Below are positions 19,508-20,000 of a stretch of DNA of 20,000 nt, piece by piece. The notes beneath the pieces are model-generated. The model saw nothing but the letters and a program-made list of their open reading frames with translations, searched no databases and was not told where the DNA came from. The stretch's first letter is position 1. Every line of letters starts with the position of its first letter. A program made the position numbers and the translations under genes. The DNA is from Chiloscyllium plagiosum (Eukaryota), in assembly GCF_004010195.1 (NCBI RefSeq), contig NC_057749.1, forward strand, positions 17,694,002 to 17,714,001, in the 5' to 3' direction.

Positions 19508-20000
19508 ATTAGTCTGACCTCAGTGGTGGGAAAGATGCTGGAGTCTATTATAAAGGATGAAATTACTGCACATCTGGATAGTAGTAACAGGATAGGACAG
19601 AGTCAGCATGGAGTTATGAAGGGGAAATCATGCTTGACTAATCTTCTTGAATTTTTTGAGGATGTAACTCTGAAGTTGGACGAGGGAAATCCAGTAGATG
19701 TAGTGTACCTGGACTTTCAGAAAGCTTTTGATAAAGTCCCACACAGGAGGTTAGTGAGTAAAATTAGGGCACATGGTATTGGGGGCAAAGTACTAGTTTG
19801 GATTGAAAATTGGTTGGCTAATAGGAAACAAAGGAAATAAACGGCTCCATTTCGGAATGGCAGACAGTGACCAGTGGGGTACCGCAGGGATCCATGTGGG
19901 ACCGCAGCTTTTTACAATATATGTTAATGATATAGAAGATAGTATCAGCAATAACATTAGCAAATTTGCCGATGATACAAAACTGGGTGGCAGGGTGAAA
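19508..20000 (+). mobile_element. CR1 LINE ORF2 reverse-transcriptase region, 5'-truncated and frameshifted, running off the window end
   Basis: ORF 19523..19840 reads SQHGVMKGKSCLTNLLEFFEDVT...VDVVYLDFQKAFDKVPHRRL. After a small deletion near 19833 come TSGVPQGS and KFADDTKLGG. Confidence 0.95.

Overview
Eukaryotic, repeat-rich intronic DNA, most likely from a shark (Chondrichthyes); this is inferred from the repeat families recognised (HE1-type SINEs, CR1/HER1-type LINEs, a Deu-domain SINE, Penelope-derived elements). The only host coding sequence I can support is a 94-bp internal + strand exon of AMDHD1 (imidazolonepropionase, HutI family) at 5899-5992, which the ORF track misses. The remainder is many CR1 and L2 LINE fragments, tRNA-derived SINEs (several nested), a 623-bp solo LTR with a 4-bp TSD, a near-perfect 30-bp minisatellite, a ~67-bp satellite array and a 964-N assembly gap. 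Five short Penelope-derived insertions each have a 10-14 bp target-site duplication and carry minimal hammerhead-ribozyme cores (CUGANGA-A-stem II-GAAA-CG-UH). Two cores are intact, one of them on the host gene's sense strand; the others are decayed, mostly at CpG sites. Family names come from recalled sequence similarity, not from database searches.
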